DNA of 62,908 nt, the filler included, from Nemertoderma westbladi (Eukaryota > Animalia > Xenacoelomorpha), in NCBI GenBank assembly GCA_032718475.1. It is 4 parts of 4 records of this genome, joined end to end, with 100 filler letters (N's around TTAATTAATTAA, not from the genome) between each part and the next. Parts side by side here need not be neighbours in the genome. Positions count along the whole stretch, not along the records: positions 1 to 22,102 come from JAUCBJ010005160.1; 3 more parts are not named here. The stretch is one strand, 5' to 3'. Each line of letters begins with the position of its first letter. Positions within the stretch are counted from its first letter, which is position 1. A model generated the notes under the pieces. That model had not been told where the DNA came from, ran no database searches, and was given only the letters and a program-made list of their open reading frames with translations. Both the position numbers and the translations under genes were made by a program. Below are positions 1 to 12,259 of this stretch, in pieces.

Positions 1-1135
1 ATTGGGACGGACTGCCAGTGGGGCGGACAGTCGGTTGGTCGGTCGGACGGACTGACAGTCGGACGGAGAGTGGGACGGACTGCCAGTGGGGCGGGCAGTC
101 GGTTGGTCGGTCGGACGGACTGACAGTCGGACGGAGAGTGGGACGGACTGCCAGTGGGGCGGGCAGTCGGTTGGTCGGTCGGACGGACTGACAGTCGGAC
201 GGAGAGTGGGACGGACTGCCAGTGGGGCGGACAGTCGGTTGGTCGGTCGGACGGACTGACAGTCGGACGGAGAGTGGGACGGACTGCCAGTGGGGCGGGC
301 AGTCGGTTGGTCGGTCGGACGGACTGACAGTCGGACGGAGAGTGGGACGGACTGCCAGTGGGGCGGACAGTCGGTTGGTCGGTCGGACGGACTGACAGTC
401 GGACGGAGAGTGGGACGGACTGCCAGTGGGGCGGACAGTCGGTTGGTCGGTCGGACGGACTGACAGTCGGACGGAGAGTGGGACGGACTGCCAGTGGGGC
501 GGACAGTCGGTTGGTCGGTCGGACGGACTGACAGTCGGACGGAGAGTGGGACGGACTGCCAGTGGGGCGGGCAGTCGGTTGGTCGGTCGGACGGACTGAC
601 AGTCGGACGGAGAGTGGGACGGACTGCCAGTGGGGCGGACAGTCGGTTGGTCGGTCGGACGGACTGACAGTCGGACGGAGAGTGGGACGGACTGCCAGTG
701 GGGCGGACAGTCGGTTGGTCGGTCGGACGGACTGACAGTCGGACGGAGAGTGGGACGGACTGCCAGTGGGGCGGACAGTCGGTTGGTCGGTCGGACGGAC
801 TGACAGTCGGACGGAGAGTGGGACGGACTGCCAGTGGGGCGGGCAGTCGGTTGGTCGGTCGGACGGACTGACAGTCGGACGGAGAGTGGGACGGACTGCC
901 AGTGGGGCGGACAGTCGGTTGGTCGGTCGGACGGACTGACAGTCGGACGGAGAGTGGGACGGACTGCCAGTGGGGCGGACAGTCGGTTGGTCGGTCGGAC
1001 GGACTGACAGTCGGACGGAGAGTGGGACGGACTGCCAGTGGGGCGGACAGTCGGTTGGTCGGTCGGACGGACTGACAGTCGGACGGAGAGTGGGACGGAC
1101 TGCCAGTGGGGCGGACAGTCGGTTGGTCGGTCGGT
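1..1135. repeat. 68-bp GC-rich tandem repeat (~16.5 near-identical copies), intronic to the DZF gene
   Basis: Unit GTGGGACGGACTGCCAGTGGGGCGG(A/G)CAGTCGGTTGGTCGGTCGGACGGACTGACAGTCGGACGGAGA recurs every 68 nt (e.g. GGACGGAGAG at 61 and 129); runs off the window start. Confidence 0.95.
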
Positions 1136-2460
1136 CGGACGGACTGCCATTTAGACAGTCGGTTGGTCGGTCGGACAGACAGACTGCCAGTTAACAGTCG
1201 GTTGGTCGGTCGGACGGTCGGTTGGTTGGACGTACAGATGGTTGGTCGGTCGGACAGTCGGTTGGTGGGACGTACAGTTGGTTGATCGGTCGGACAGTCG
1301 ATTGGTTGGACGTACAGTTGGTTGGACGTACAGCTGGTTGGTCGGTCGGAAAGTCGGTTGGTTGGACGTACAGATGGTTGGTCGGTCGGACAGTCGGTTG
1401 GTTGGCCATACAGTTGGTTGATCGGTCGGACAGTCGGTTGGTTGGACGTACAGATGGTTGGTCGGTCGGACAGTCGGTTGGTTGGACGTCCAGTTGGTTG
1501 ATCGGTCGGACAGTCGGTTGGTTGGACGTACAGATGGTTGGTCGGTCGGACAGTCGGTTGGTTGGACGTCCAGTTGGTTGATCGGTCGGACAGTCGGTTG
1601 GTTGGACGTACAGTTGGTTGGACGTACAGTTGGTTGGTCGGTCGGAACGTCGGTTGGTTGGACGTACAGATGGTTGGTCGGTCGGACAGTCGGTTGGTTG
1701 GACGTAATGTTGGTTGGTCGGACGGACAGTCGGTTGGTTAGACGTACAGTTGGTTGGTCGGTCGGACAGTCGGTTGGTTGGACGTACAGTTGGTTGGACG
1801 TACAGTTGGTTGGTCGGTCGGACAGTCGGTTGGTTGGACGTACAGTTGGTTGGTCGGTCGGAAAGTCGGTTGGTTGGACGTACAGATGGTTGGTCGGAGT
1901 CGCTTGGTTGGACGTATAGTTGGTTGGTCGGTCGGACAGTCGGTCGGACTGACTGCCCTTTACTTTAGACAGTCGGTCGGACGGACGGACTGCCACTTAG
2001 ACAGTCGGTTGGTCGGTCGGACAGTCGGTTGGTTGGACGTACAGTTGGTTGGTAGGTCGGACAGTCGGTTGGTTGGACGTACAGTTGGTTGGTCGGTCGT
2101 ACAGTCGGTTGGTTGGACGTACAGTTGCTTGATCGGGTCGAACAGTCGGTTGGTTGGACGTAAGGTTGGTTGATCGGTCGGACAGTCGGTTGGTTGAACG
2201 TACAATTGGTTGGTCGGTCGGACAGTCGGTTGGTTGGACGTAAAGTTGGTTGATCGGGTCGGACAGTCGGTTGGTTAGACGTACAGTTGGTTGGTCGGTC
2301 GGACAGTCGGTTGGTTGGACGTAAAGTTGGTTGATCGGGTCGGTTGGTTAGACGATACGTAGAGTTGGTTGGTCGGTCGGACAGTCGGTTGGTTAGACGT
2401 ACAGTTGGTTGGTCGGTCGGACAGTCGTTTGGTCGGAAGGACAGTCGGACGGACGATTAG
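1136..2460. repeat. Degenerate ~40-bp minisatellite related to the 68-bp unit
   Basis: Repeated GGTTGGTCGGTCGGACAGTCGGTTGGTTGGACGTACAG(T/A) modules share the GGTTGGTCGGTCGGAC core with the upstream array. Confidence 0.9.
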
Positions 2461-2529
2461 TCAGACGCCAGACGGGTACACAATAACGGGTAGATGGCGC
2501 CTAACAAACAAAACATTTCAACCGATTCA

Positions 2530-2856
<327 letters not shown>

Positions 2857-2908
2857 TTAAAAGTACTTTGTATGTAGTATTACAGTATCTTGCCCGAAAT
2901 ATTCTTAC

Positions 2909-3040
2909 TTATTAGTATCAGCAGGTTTATTTGTGGTAGATTCCGCTCCCGATTCAATCTTTACATCCGTTTTGGGTTCAATCTTTACAACCGCCGCCTT
3001 TCCCTGTTCGGATTCAGTAGTAAGTATCTTGCCGTCGACC
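2909..3040 (-). CDS. ZFR: DZF-domain gene, internal exon (charged low-complexity insert)
   Basis: TATAG acceptor and GTAAGA donor; 132 nt, phase 2/2, joins both neighbours in frame; VDGKILTTESEQGKAAVVKIEPK... Confidence 0.7.
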
Positions 3041-3262
3041 CTATAAACAACGCCATAACGATACAAATTAATATTATCTACAAATAAATATACAGTTAGA
3101 AATAGAATATTAATGTTCTTCGATATAAAAAACATTAAGTGGAAAGAAGCACTTTTTGTCTTAATCTTAATTAAATTTTTTTTAAAGTCACTATATCACT
3201 ACTCATTTAGTTTCCAATAGTTATAGTTACCGCAGACACAGCCACTAACTGAGACTATATTA

Positions 3263-3451
<189 letters not shown>

Positions 3452-3758
3452 CTAAGGGGAGAAGGAAGTTGTAGATAACACACAAAAACTAAAACAATAG
3501 CTAAACCGTTAACAAAAGTTATAGTGTGAGCGGTCGCCTATATTTGGTTGTTTATGGAAAATTTCTAGCTCCAAAATGTACAGAGTAAGTTAAACAAAAA
3601 ACAAACCGTAAGGTGCATCAGAGAAATTAATAAAAAAAACTTAACTTAGAACTTTTATTTATTTATTTATTTATAATCTCGGACACAAACGATCCATTGT
3701 ACATACAAGGCAGAACTAACTAAACTAAATTTGAGAAATACAGCACATTAAAGTAGAA

Positions 3759-4468
3759 TTACACCTCCCGTTTGCAATTTCGGAGAGCCAATTTAAATTG
3801 CGCGGCCGTTTTTTTCTTTACCTCCCAAACAAGCCCAAACCTAGGCCGCCCTTGTTCGCACCAAATATGAAAAGCCTCATGCGCCGCAGCCCGCTTTTCT
3901 TTTACAAACTCATTCCAGCCAGGAATGCAATTGGAGATTGAATTACCCCTTTTTTGAGGAATAAATTTTGATGTACAGCTATGTAGAATATTAATAGTAT
4001 CAGTATAACACGAATTTAGTGACATTTTATGGTTAATATTCTCACAATGAATATCACAACAAGTTAAAGCAGAAAGGGGTAACTGTAATAAACGTAGTTG
4101 TTCATCAACAGTTTGAGAATATTTTGAAATATTTTCACCGCTGGCTTTATCCCACGTTGCGTTATTGGAAAAAGTGACGTTATTGCTACTGCCAGGTGTG
4201 CACTAAGCAGCAAAGATACAGTCACTGAGACGGGTAAATGTTCATCATAAACAAGATCACGTAGGACAGTAATATTACTAATAGAGGAATGAAAGTCGGC
4301 GGTGGAAACGATGTGGTCTAACCACGACACTGTGCCACGTACATGGCTGGTAAATGAAAAAGTGTCATCGAGTAGAATATGTAAATCAGACCATATCAAT
4401 GAAAAACAATCACAAAATAATTTCAGTTCATTACCAAACGGTCGATCGGGAGCAGTATTAAAGTCTCC
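3759..4468 (-). pseudogene. LINE ORF2 remnant: C-terminal half of APE endonuclease and linker
   Basis: GDFNTAPDRPFG...FSFTSHVRGTVSWLDHIV...EHLPV then frameshifted ...CIPGWNEFVKEKRAAAHEAFHIWCEQGRPR. Confidence 0.85.
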
Positions 4469-5467
4469 TGTTACGGTATATGGCGCTGTACCTATATTAG
4501 TCCGTGTTATACAGTATAAACCTATATTAGTCCGTGTTATACAGTATAATATATTAGCCGTTATACAGTATAATATATTAGCCGTTATACAGTATAATAT
4601 ATTAGCCGTTATACAGTATAATTATTTAGATAAGACATAATAGCGCAATGACATTTAGATAAGGAAATTGAAACGCCCATATATTTGATTTCATCCATTT
4701 TGTATAGTATGTAGCCCTACCTATGTAATTTTGTAATAGGATATAAAGTAGATAGTTCCAGGGTAGCAAGTCCTTGTTGGACCCTGGATATAAGCTTGCT
4801 GTTATTAGCCTCGATAGGGCCAGCATCCAGGGACGCAATCCTAACCATTCAGCAGCCAGGGACATGATACATTACCATATATGGTAATAATTTGCGATTT
4901 GGGAGCCATGAGGTTCACAATCCGGCTTCCTTATTGGCCCAGCTGTTCCAGGTTGGTCTGATGGTGGGGCGGATTGGGGAACCAATGAGAGGAATATTGC
5001 GTCATCCCTGTTGCATCACCTATAAATTGGCTGTATTTCCGGTATGTGCATCTTAATCTCTAGTTATCTAGTTATCTTAATCTCAATCTCTCAATCTAGT
5101 ACCAGTGGCAGTATTGTAGTTTGTTTTCTGGTTAATTGTTAATCTTTCGTCTATCTTTCTGTTTTTCTCAATCGATTACTGCAAATTACAACCTTGAATT
5201 ATGATTTCTACTTTTGATTATTAATTCCTATGTGATTTAAGATGTGATAATCCCACAGGATTTCTTAGACTGTCAGACTTTGTGATTTGCATGTGCCGCT
5301 ACGGTAGCTATTCATTCTAATGGAGGGCTAAGGTACCAGTAGGCGGGCGCACTGGGGGGAAGCGACGGAAGGGAGTGCAGAGGATCCAAAGCTGGGCGAC
5401 GCTGGCGGGAGGCCACCGTTGCGGTCGGAGCTAGTCAGTTGAGGACCGGGGACCAGCCGCTGTTACA
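4469..5467 (+). repeat. Putative ~1-kb LTR
   Basis: TGTTAC...TGTTACA; internal 24-bp tandem repeats at 4490-4625; followed by AGGGGGCTGACGATCCAGAT, which resembles a tRNA-Pro primer-binding site (TGGGGGCTCGTCCGGGAT). Confidence 0.5.
4982..5026 (+). promoter_or_regulatory. CCAAT box and TATA box within the putative LTR
   Basis: CCAAT at 4982, TGCGTCA at ~4997 and TATAAA at 5021, a typical U3 arrangement. Confidence 0.4.
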
Positions 5468-5934
5468 GTATTAGGGGGCTGACGATCCAGATTTCCGTCT
5501 CTACTTTGTAGTTTTAGGGGGGCAGAATTTGGGTTTAGTTAGGAGTCCCATGTGTGGCTTTGGGTGACCTGTGGTTCTTACACTGACTGACTGATTGGAT
5601 GACTAATACTGGTATACTGATTACTAATGTACGGGTCAGAGTAAAACGCGGATCCGGATCAGGATCCGGATTCTATCATTTAACATTGTCCCTATGGAAG
5701 TCGACTGAATTTACATTTTTAGGGTGTAATCTGCGGATCCGCGCACTGCTAAATTTACCGAATCCGTAACCGAGTGTAAAATGCGGATTGGCCTTTTTTT
5801 CAGATCCGGAACGGAGTGTAAAGCGCGGATTCATGTTTTAGGCTAAATCCTGAACGGAGTGTAAAACGCGGATTCATTTTTCTACTGAATCCGGGATTGG
5901 GTGTAAAATACGGATTCAGGTTTATTACAAAGTT

Positions 5935-7370
5935 TTATTAAATCCGGGAAGGGGTGTAAAATGCGGATTCAAGTTAATTACCATGTTTTATTGGATCCGG
6001 AATGGAGTGTAAAACGCGGATTCTAGTTAATTACCAAGTTTTGTTGGATCCGGAATGGAGTGTAAAACACGGATTTTCGTTAATTACCAAGTTTTATTGG
6101 ATCCGGAATGGAGTGTAAAACACGGATTTACGTTAATTATAAGTTTTATTGGATCCGGAATGGAGTGTAAAACACGGATTTACGTTAATTATCAAGTTTT
6201 ATTGGATCCGGAATGGAGTGTAAAACACGGATTTACGTTAATTATCAAGTTTTGTTGGATCCGGAATGGAGTGTAAAACACGGATTTACGTTAATTACCA
6301 AGTTTTATTGGATCCGGAATGGAGTGTAAGTAAAATACGGATTTACGTTAATTACCAAGTTTTATTGGATCCGGAACGGAGTGTAAAACACGGATTTACG
6401 TTAATTACCAAGTTTTATTGGATCCGGAATGGAGTGTAAAACACGGATTTACGTTAATTACCAAGTTTTATTGGATCCGGAATGGAGTGTAAAACACGGA
6501 TTTACGTTAATTACCAAGTTTTATTGGATCCGGAATGGAGTGTAAAACACGGATTTACGTTAATTACCAAGTTGTATTGGATCCGGAATGGAGTGTAAAA
6601 CACGGATTTACGTTAATTACCAAGTTTTATTGGATCCGGAATGGAGTGTAAAACACGGATTTACGTTAATTACCAAGTTGTATTGGATCCGGAATGGAGT
6701 GTAAAACACGGATTTACGTTAATTACCAAGTTTTATTGGATCCGGAATGGAGTGTAAAACACGGATTTTCGTTAATTACTAAGTTTTATTGGATCCGGAA
6801 TGGAGTGTAAAACACGGATTTACGTTAATTACCAAGTTGTATTGGATCCGGAATGGAGTGTAAAATACGGATTTTCGTTAATTACTAAGTTTTATTGGAT
6901 CCGGAATGGAGTGTAAAACACGGATTTACGTTAATTACCAAGTTGTATTGGATCCGGAATGGAGTGTAAAACACGGATTTACGTTAATTACCAAGTTTTA
7001 TTGGATCCGGAATGGAGTGTAAAACACGGATTTTCGTTAATTACTAAGTTTTATTGGATCCGAAATGGAGTGTAAAACACGGATTTACGTTAATTACCAA
7101 GTTGTATTGGATCCGGAATGGAGTGTAAAACACGGATTTTCGTTAATTACCAAGTTTTATTGGATCCGGAATGGAGTGTAAAACACGGATTTTCGTTAAT
7201 TACTAAGTTTTATTGGATCCGGAATGGAGTGTAAAACACGGATTTACGTTAATTACCAAGTTGTATTGGATCCGGAACGGAGTGTAAAACACGGATTTAT
7301 GTTAATTACCAAGTTTTATTGGATCCGGGAAGGGGTGTAAAACGCGGATTCAAGTTAATTAGTAAGTTTT
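5935..7370 (+). repeat. 53-bp tandem array, left arm of the foldback element (~27 copies)
   Basis: Unit GGATCCGGAATGGAGTGTAAAACACGGATTTACGTTAATTACCAAGTTTTATT. Confidence 0.95.
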
Positions 7371-7781
7371 AATGAACAATTTGTAAAACGCATATGCAAT
7401 AAAGACCCAGACCCTCATCTAGTTGCAATTATTAATTAGTGCAATGTTTATTGTTCTTTTAGTAACTTTTCTTGGCTTGCTGACATTCCTGGTTTTTTTC
7501 TTCTCCGGACTCGGGGTGCACGATGTTTGCGTAGTAAGTTCAAGCGGCTCAACAATGGCTGTATCATTGGTTGGACTCGGAATAACGAATCCCGTAAATG
7601 GAACCTTTACAAAGTCATCACTTTCATCCATGTTTAATAAGAAATTAAATTAGAAATTATACTGAACAGTTCAGCCTCCATAAATTAGGAAGGCAGCACG
7701 CTTGCAAGGCCTTAAAGAGAGTACACTATGATGCAGTTCAAACTACCGCCAGCTAGGCAGAACAGTGATTCTTGTTTGTAA

Positions 7782-8216
7782 GGGGCCGTCCAAGTATGAC
7801 GTCAGCACTTTAGGGGGGGGAGGGGGGTTGGGAAAATCTGATGACGTGCTGATGAGGGGAGGGGAGGGGGTCAGCCAAAATCTGACGTCAGCAAGTTCAT
7901 TTATAGGTGCTAGAAGAGATATAGCAGAAGAGTAAATAGCTTGCCTATTTTAATTGTTCGAAGCCCCCGAAGGCCCGTAGCACGACCTTCTGTTTCAGTT
8001 ACCAGTCACCATGTTTCAGTGATTAGGACGATTTGAATGATTTAGAAGTGATTATAAATAATCTTCATAATATAATAGTTTATTACAAATTTTTTTTTTA
8101 ATCTGATTTAGGGGGGGGGGGGGGGGGGTCTACGCCTATCTGATGACATCTGATTTAGGGGAGGGAGGGGGTCAACATTTTGGGGAAAAGTGCAGACGTC
8201 ATACTTGGACGGCCCC
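7782..8216. mobile_element. PIF/Harbinger-like MITE
   Basis: TIR GGGGCCGTCCAAGTATGACGTC / GACGTCATACTTGGACGGCCCC; TAA target duplication at 7779-7781 and 8217-8219. Confidence 0.88.
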
Positions 8217-8574
8217 TAAGGGAGGTTGGGATGGATAAGCCAATCAGGGAACAGGACAGTAATCCTACCATACAATTGTCTACAGAGCCGCTCTACCAGA
8301 GAGGTCACGTTCCCACGGTAGTAGTTTTTCAGCTAATCAATATCTAATAATGTCTGACGGCCAAACATAACCATCGCCCTTATTAATAATTCATTGGGAA
8401 GCATTGACCCCTATTAAGGTGTCCCCCAGAGCCGGATTAAGCTTATGTGTGGCCCCTAGACATAGACAAATTATTAAGGTGTCTATTAACTATTAAGGTG
8501 TCCCCCATTAATGTTTGTGTCCCTCATTAATGTGTGTCCCTCATTAATAGTTGTGTCCCTCATTAACAAACTCA

Positions 8575-9200
8575 GTAATTAACGTAAATCCGCATTTTAC
8601 ACCCCTTCCCGGATCTAGTAACACTTGGTAAATAAATTGAATCCGCGTTTTACACCCCTTCCCGGATCCATTAAAACTTGGTAATTAACGAAAATCCGTG
8701 TTTTACACTCCATTCCGGATCCAACAAAACTTGGTATTTAACGAAAATCCGTGTTTTACACTCCATTCCGGATCCAACAAAACTTGGTAATTAACGAAAA
8801 TCCGTGTTTTACACTCCTTTCCGGATCCAACAAAACTTGGTAATTAACGAAAATCCGTGTTTTACACTCCATTCCGGATCCAACAAAACTTGGTAATTAA
8901 CGAAAATCCGTGTTTTACACTCCTTTCCGGATCCAACAAAACTTGATAATTAACGAAAATCCGTGTTTTACACTCCTTTCCGGATCCAACAAAACTTGGT
9001 AATTAACGAAAATCCGCGTTTTACACTCCATTCCGGATCCAACAAAATTTGGTAATTAACGAAAATCCGTGTTTTACACTCCATTCCGGATCCAACAAAA
9101 CTTGATAATTAACGAAAATCCGTGTTTTACACTCCATTCCGGATCCATTAAAATTTGGTAATTAACGTAAATCCGTATTTTACACTCCATTCCGGATTCA
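8575..9200 (-). repeat. 53-bp tandem array, inverted right arm of the foldback element (~11 copies)
   Basis: Reverse complement of the left-arm unit (AACTTGGTAATTAACGAAAATCCGTGTTTTACACTCCATTCCGGATCC). Confidence 0.95.
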
Positions 9201-10271
9201 CAAAATATATGAATCCGCGTTTTACACTGCAATACGGATTGCGTATTTCAGAATCCGCATATTACACTCAGTTACGGATTGTATGTAAATCCGGATCCGC
9301 CTTTTACACTCGCAAATCCGGGTCCTGATCCGTATCCGGATCCTGAATCCGGATCCGCGTTTTACACCTACCCCTAATGTACGGGTATTTAGTGCACTAG
9401 CTGATTGGTGTAGTTAGCGCTATCTGCCGTACTACTAACTTAGTGCTACGCTATTTGTGTTGTGTTGCTAAAGAGTGCCTGATTCTTAAATGTGAATGCT
9501 TAGATAGGCGCCTTTCTCTTTGATTGATTTCCATTTCTTAGTTTATGCTTATTAATTGCTAATTAGGTCAAAATAATACCGTATTTAGACTGTTGCTAGT
9601 ATAAGCCCCAGTACGTAATAAATTAGAAGTACGTATTCTGGAATATCTAGTAATTAGTATGCGAATTTGTATTTATGACTGTAATTAATTTAGCGATAAA
9701 ATAAAATAAGAATTTGTACGCAGCATAGCGGAGAGTAGTTTAAGTAATTGTTTTAGAATACTGTAGACTATTCACGCTAGGCGGTTATTTGAAAATAGCG
9801 GGGCAACGGGCTGACAGCAGTGTCCAGTATACAGTACAGCAGTAGTAAGTTTGCTGGTCTAAAACCAGCCAAAGGCCAAGTTTCAGCACCTAGGAAAGTA
9901 ACAGATCTATCCCCCTTAACATTAAAACATTCTCACATTCAATGTGTTCTGCCAGTGAATTCCAGTATTTTGCGATAAGTGAACTCCGAGTGCTAGGTCA
10001 CCCGCACTCGTTTTAAGTAGCTTAGGGAGCCGATTCGGGTTTATTGTTTGGTTATTCCCGCGTGGCTCATAGATTCGAACAGTTAGCTCTCTGTTGAGCG
10101 ATCAACAGAGAAAGGAACAAGCGATTTGCAGGAGCCGTATAAAATTAGTAAAAATATTAGCGGACGGCCAGGTTAGCGCCATCCAGCGGAGAGTAGCAGA
10201 GTAGCAAAAGGAGTTTGTGTTTAGCAGCAGTGCGGCACTAATAACGCGCTCCTGATCGCCCCTGTTCAACA

Positions 10272-10735
10272 TCTTCCAAAATAGCACATTTAGAACCAGG
10301 GTGCTCAGCAATGTACGCAGAACATTCACCTAATAACTCTAGATACAAATCTAAATTATCAACGGATTCACAAGGCATATATACATTCAGTAACAGAGTG
10401 CTAGAACCGTCAGTACTTTTAATGTTACAACCAATAATTCTTTCGTTAATATTGACTATATTTATTGAACTGGATAAATGTTTGCGCCATAAAACAGCCA
10501 ACCCGCCAAAAGGACGGCCGACCAATGGACCATCAGCCAAATCGACGGAAGATACACCCGAACTAAAGAAGTCATTATGGAGCGAATTTAATTTGGTCAA
10601 TTTTTGCTTCACCAACCAGGTTTCCTGTAAAAAAACGACGTCATGCGAGTCACATAAAGCCTTAATGACATCCGGGTTATTATTCAGGCCACTGCAGTTA
10701 TAAGTGCATATTCTAAGTGAGTTTAGGATAGCCAT
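10272..10735 (-). pseudogene. LINE ORF2 remnant: N-terminal half of APE endonuclease
   Basis: MAILNSLRICTYNCSGL...DVVFLQETWL...GRPFGGLAVLW...LLLNVYMP...CAIL. Confidence 0.9.
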
Positions 10736-10851
10736 TGATAATGTTAAGTTTATGATCAATGATGAGTTTCACTGAAGAGTATATGAGAGCAAAAGTTATA
10801 CTGTGTATATAAAACAGAACCATATCAGCAACCTATCAGGCTACTGGTGAC

Positions 10852-12210
10852 TAGTGTTGAGAACTGTAACTGTAATTATACTGTAACTGCAACTGTAACT
10901 GAATGGTTTTGATTATTTTTTTGATACTGTAACTATAACTGTAACTGTAATTGCGAACTTTGAATACTGTAACTGTAACTGAAACTGTAATTACGAATTT
11001 TGAATACTGTAACTGTAACTGAAACTGAAATTAACAAAATCCGATTCAGTTCTCAATCACACAATTAACATGAATAAGCATTTAAAACAGCATTGTAATA
11101 ACGTATAGAGTATAGTTTAATAAATGAATAACAGTGGTTACCATAGGTATCATTTTTAAAACATTGTTATAAAAAAAAACCAAAACAATCTCGTTTTTTC
11201 CACTTCTGAACAAAACCATAATATTACACAATATAAAATCAAAGACCCATTGCCCACTTAGCTCAAATGTGATTTATTTGGCGAGTCAAGTAGTGAACGA
11301 AGATCTACAGTAGCATATAGTCTATGTTTATCTGTCTCAACTATTAGACTATTATCAGACCTTATCACCACTTTTGCTTCATATTAAATGTAAATGTTTT
11401 AGATAAACAAAGAAAAGTTAGGCCTAATGGTAGAGGGATATTAACGGATATATATTTTACATTATTAATTATTAATGTTTTTACCGGTACTATTAATATC
11501 ACAATCACACTAGAGGCACACTGGAAATTAAATTTTGATCAAGTTTACCATTATAAATTACAAAATTAAACTTAAAAGTGAAAAGAGCAGCTTATCGAGG
11601 TGGGTCTAACCAAAACAATAAATATATGATTACTAAAACAAATTACGAATTAAGGAAAATGAGCAGGATTCAGAAGCATGGCTTTATAACCAAAACAATA
11701 AATGATAACAATAAGTGTACAAGCACTGAAACAAGATGTACAGTAAAATGTGGGTGCCTTTAGTGTGATCTTGTGACGTGCCACTTTCATTACATACTAT
11801 CAGTATATTAGTTACAAAGTATTACCATAGAGTGGGTCCAACTTTCCTACAACAACTACCTATTAGCTCTACAAAGAGGACGTTTCGTAATGAACATTAT
11901 TATTAGCGTATATAACAGTAATATATTAAAGTGCCTCATTTTTAGTTTCAGATGACTGCTTACTACATGAGATCATATATATTGAATCTATAACTGAAAC
12001 TGTAACTGAAACTGAAATGCTCAATTTTGTAATACTGAAACTGTAACTGTAACTGAAATGTTACACTTTGTAATACTGAAACTGTAACTGTAACTGAAAT
12101 ACAAAACTTTGAATACTGAAACTGTAACTGTAACTGAAATGCAAAACTTTGAATACTGAAACTGTAACTGTAACTGAAATTAGTCAAAATTGATTCAGTT
12201 CTCAACACTA
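10852..12210. mobile_element. Non-autonomous hAT-like DNA transposon
   Basis: 15-bp TIR TAGTGTTGAGAACTG / CAGTTCTCAACACTA; 8-bp TSD CTGGTGAC (10844-10851, 12211-12218); subterminal ACTGTA/ACTGAA repeats. Confidence 0.88.
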
Positions 12211-12259
12211 CTGGTGACTCACCCACCCTGCGGGTCGAAGGCGGTGAGGATGTCGGTTT

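Larger units (their letters stand above)
5633..9373. mobile_element. Non-autonomous foldback-type (MULE-like) DNA transposon with tandem-repeat arms
   Basis: Termini GGGTCAGAGTAAAACGCGGATCCGGA / TCCGGATCCGCGTTTTACACCTACCC; perfect 9-bp TSD CTAATGTAC (5624-5632, 9374-9382). Confidence 0.9.
4469..10271 (+). mobile_element. LTR-retrotransposon-like insertion (one LTR, putative PBS and leader; no second LTR)
   Basis: TGTT...AACA termini; flanks TCTCC (4464-4468) and TCTTC (10272-10276) form a 5-bp TSD with one mismatch; it splits the LINE ORF2 exactly at CAIL/GDFN. Confidence 0.65.
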
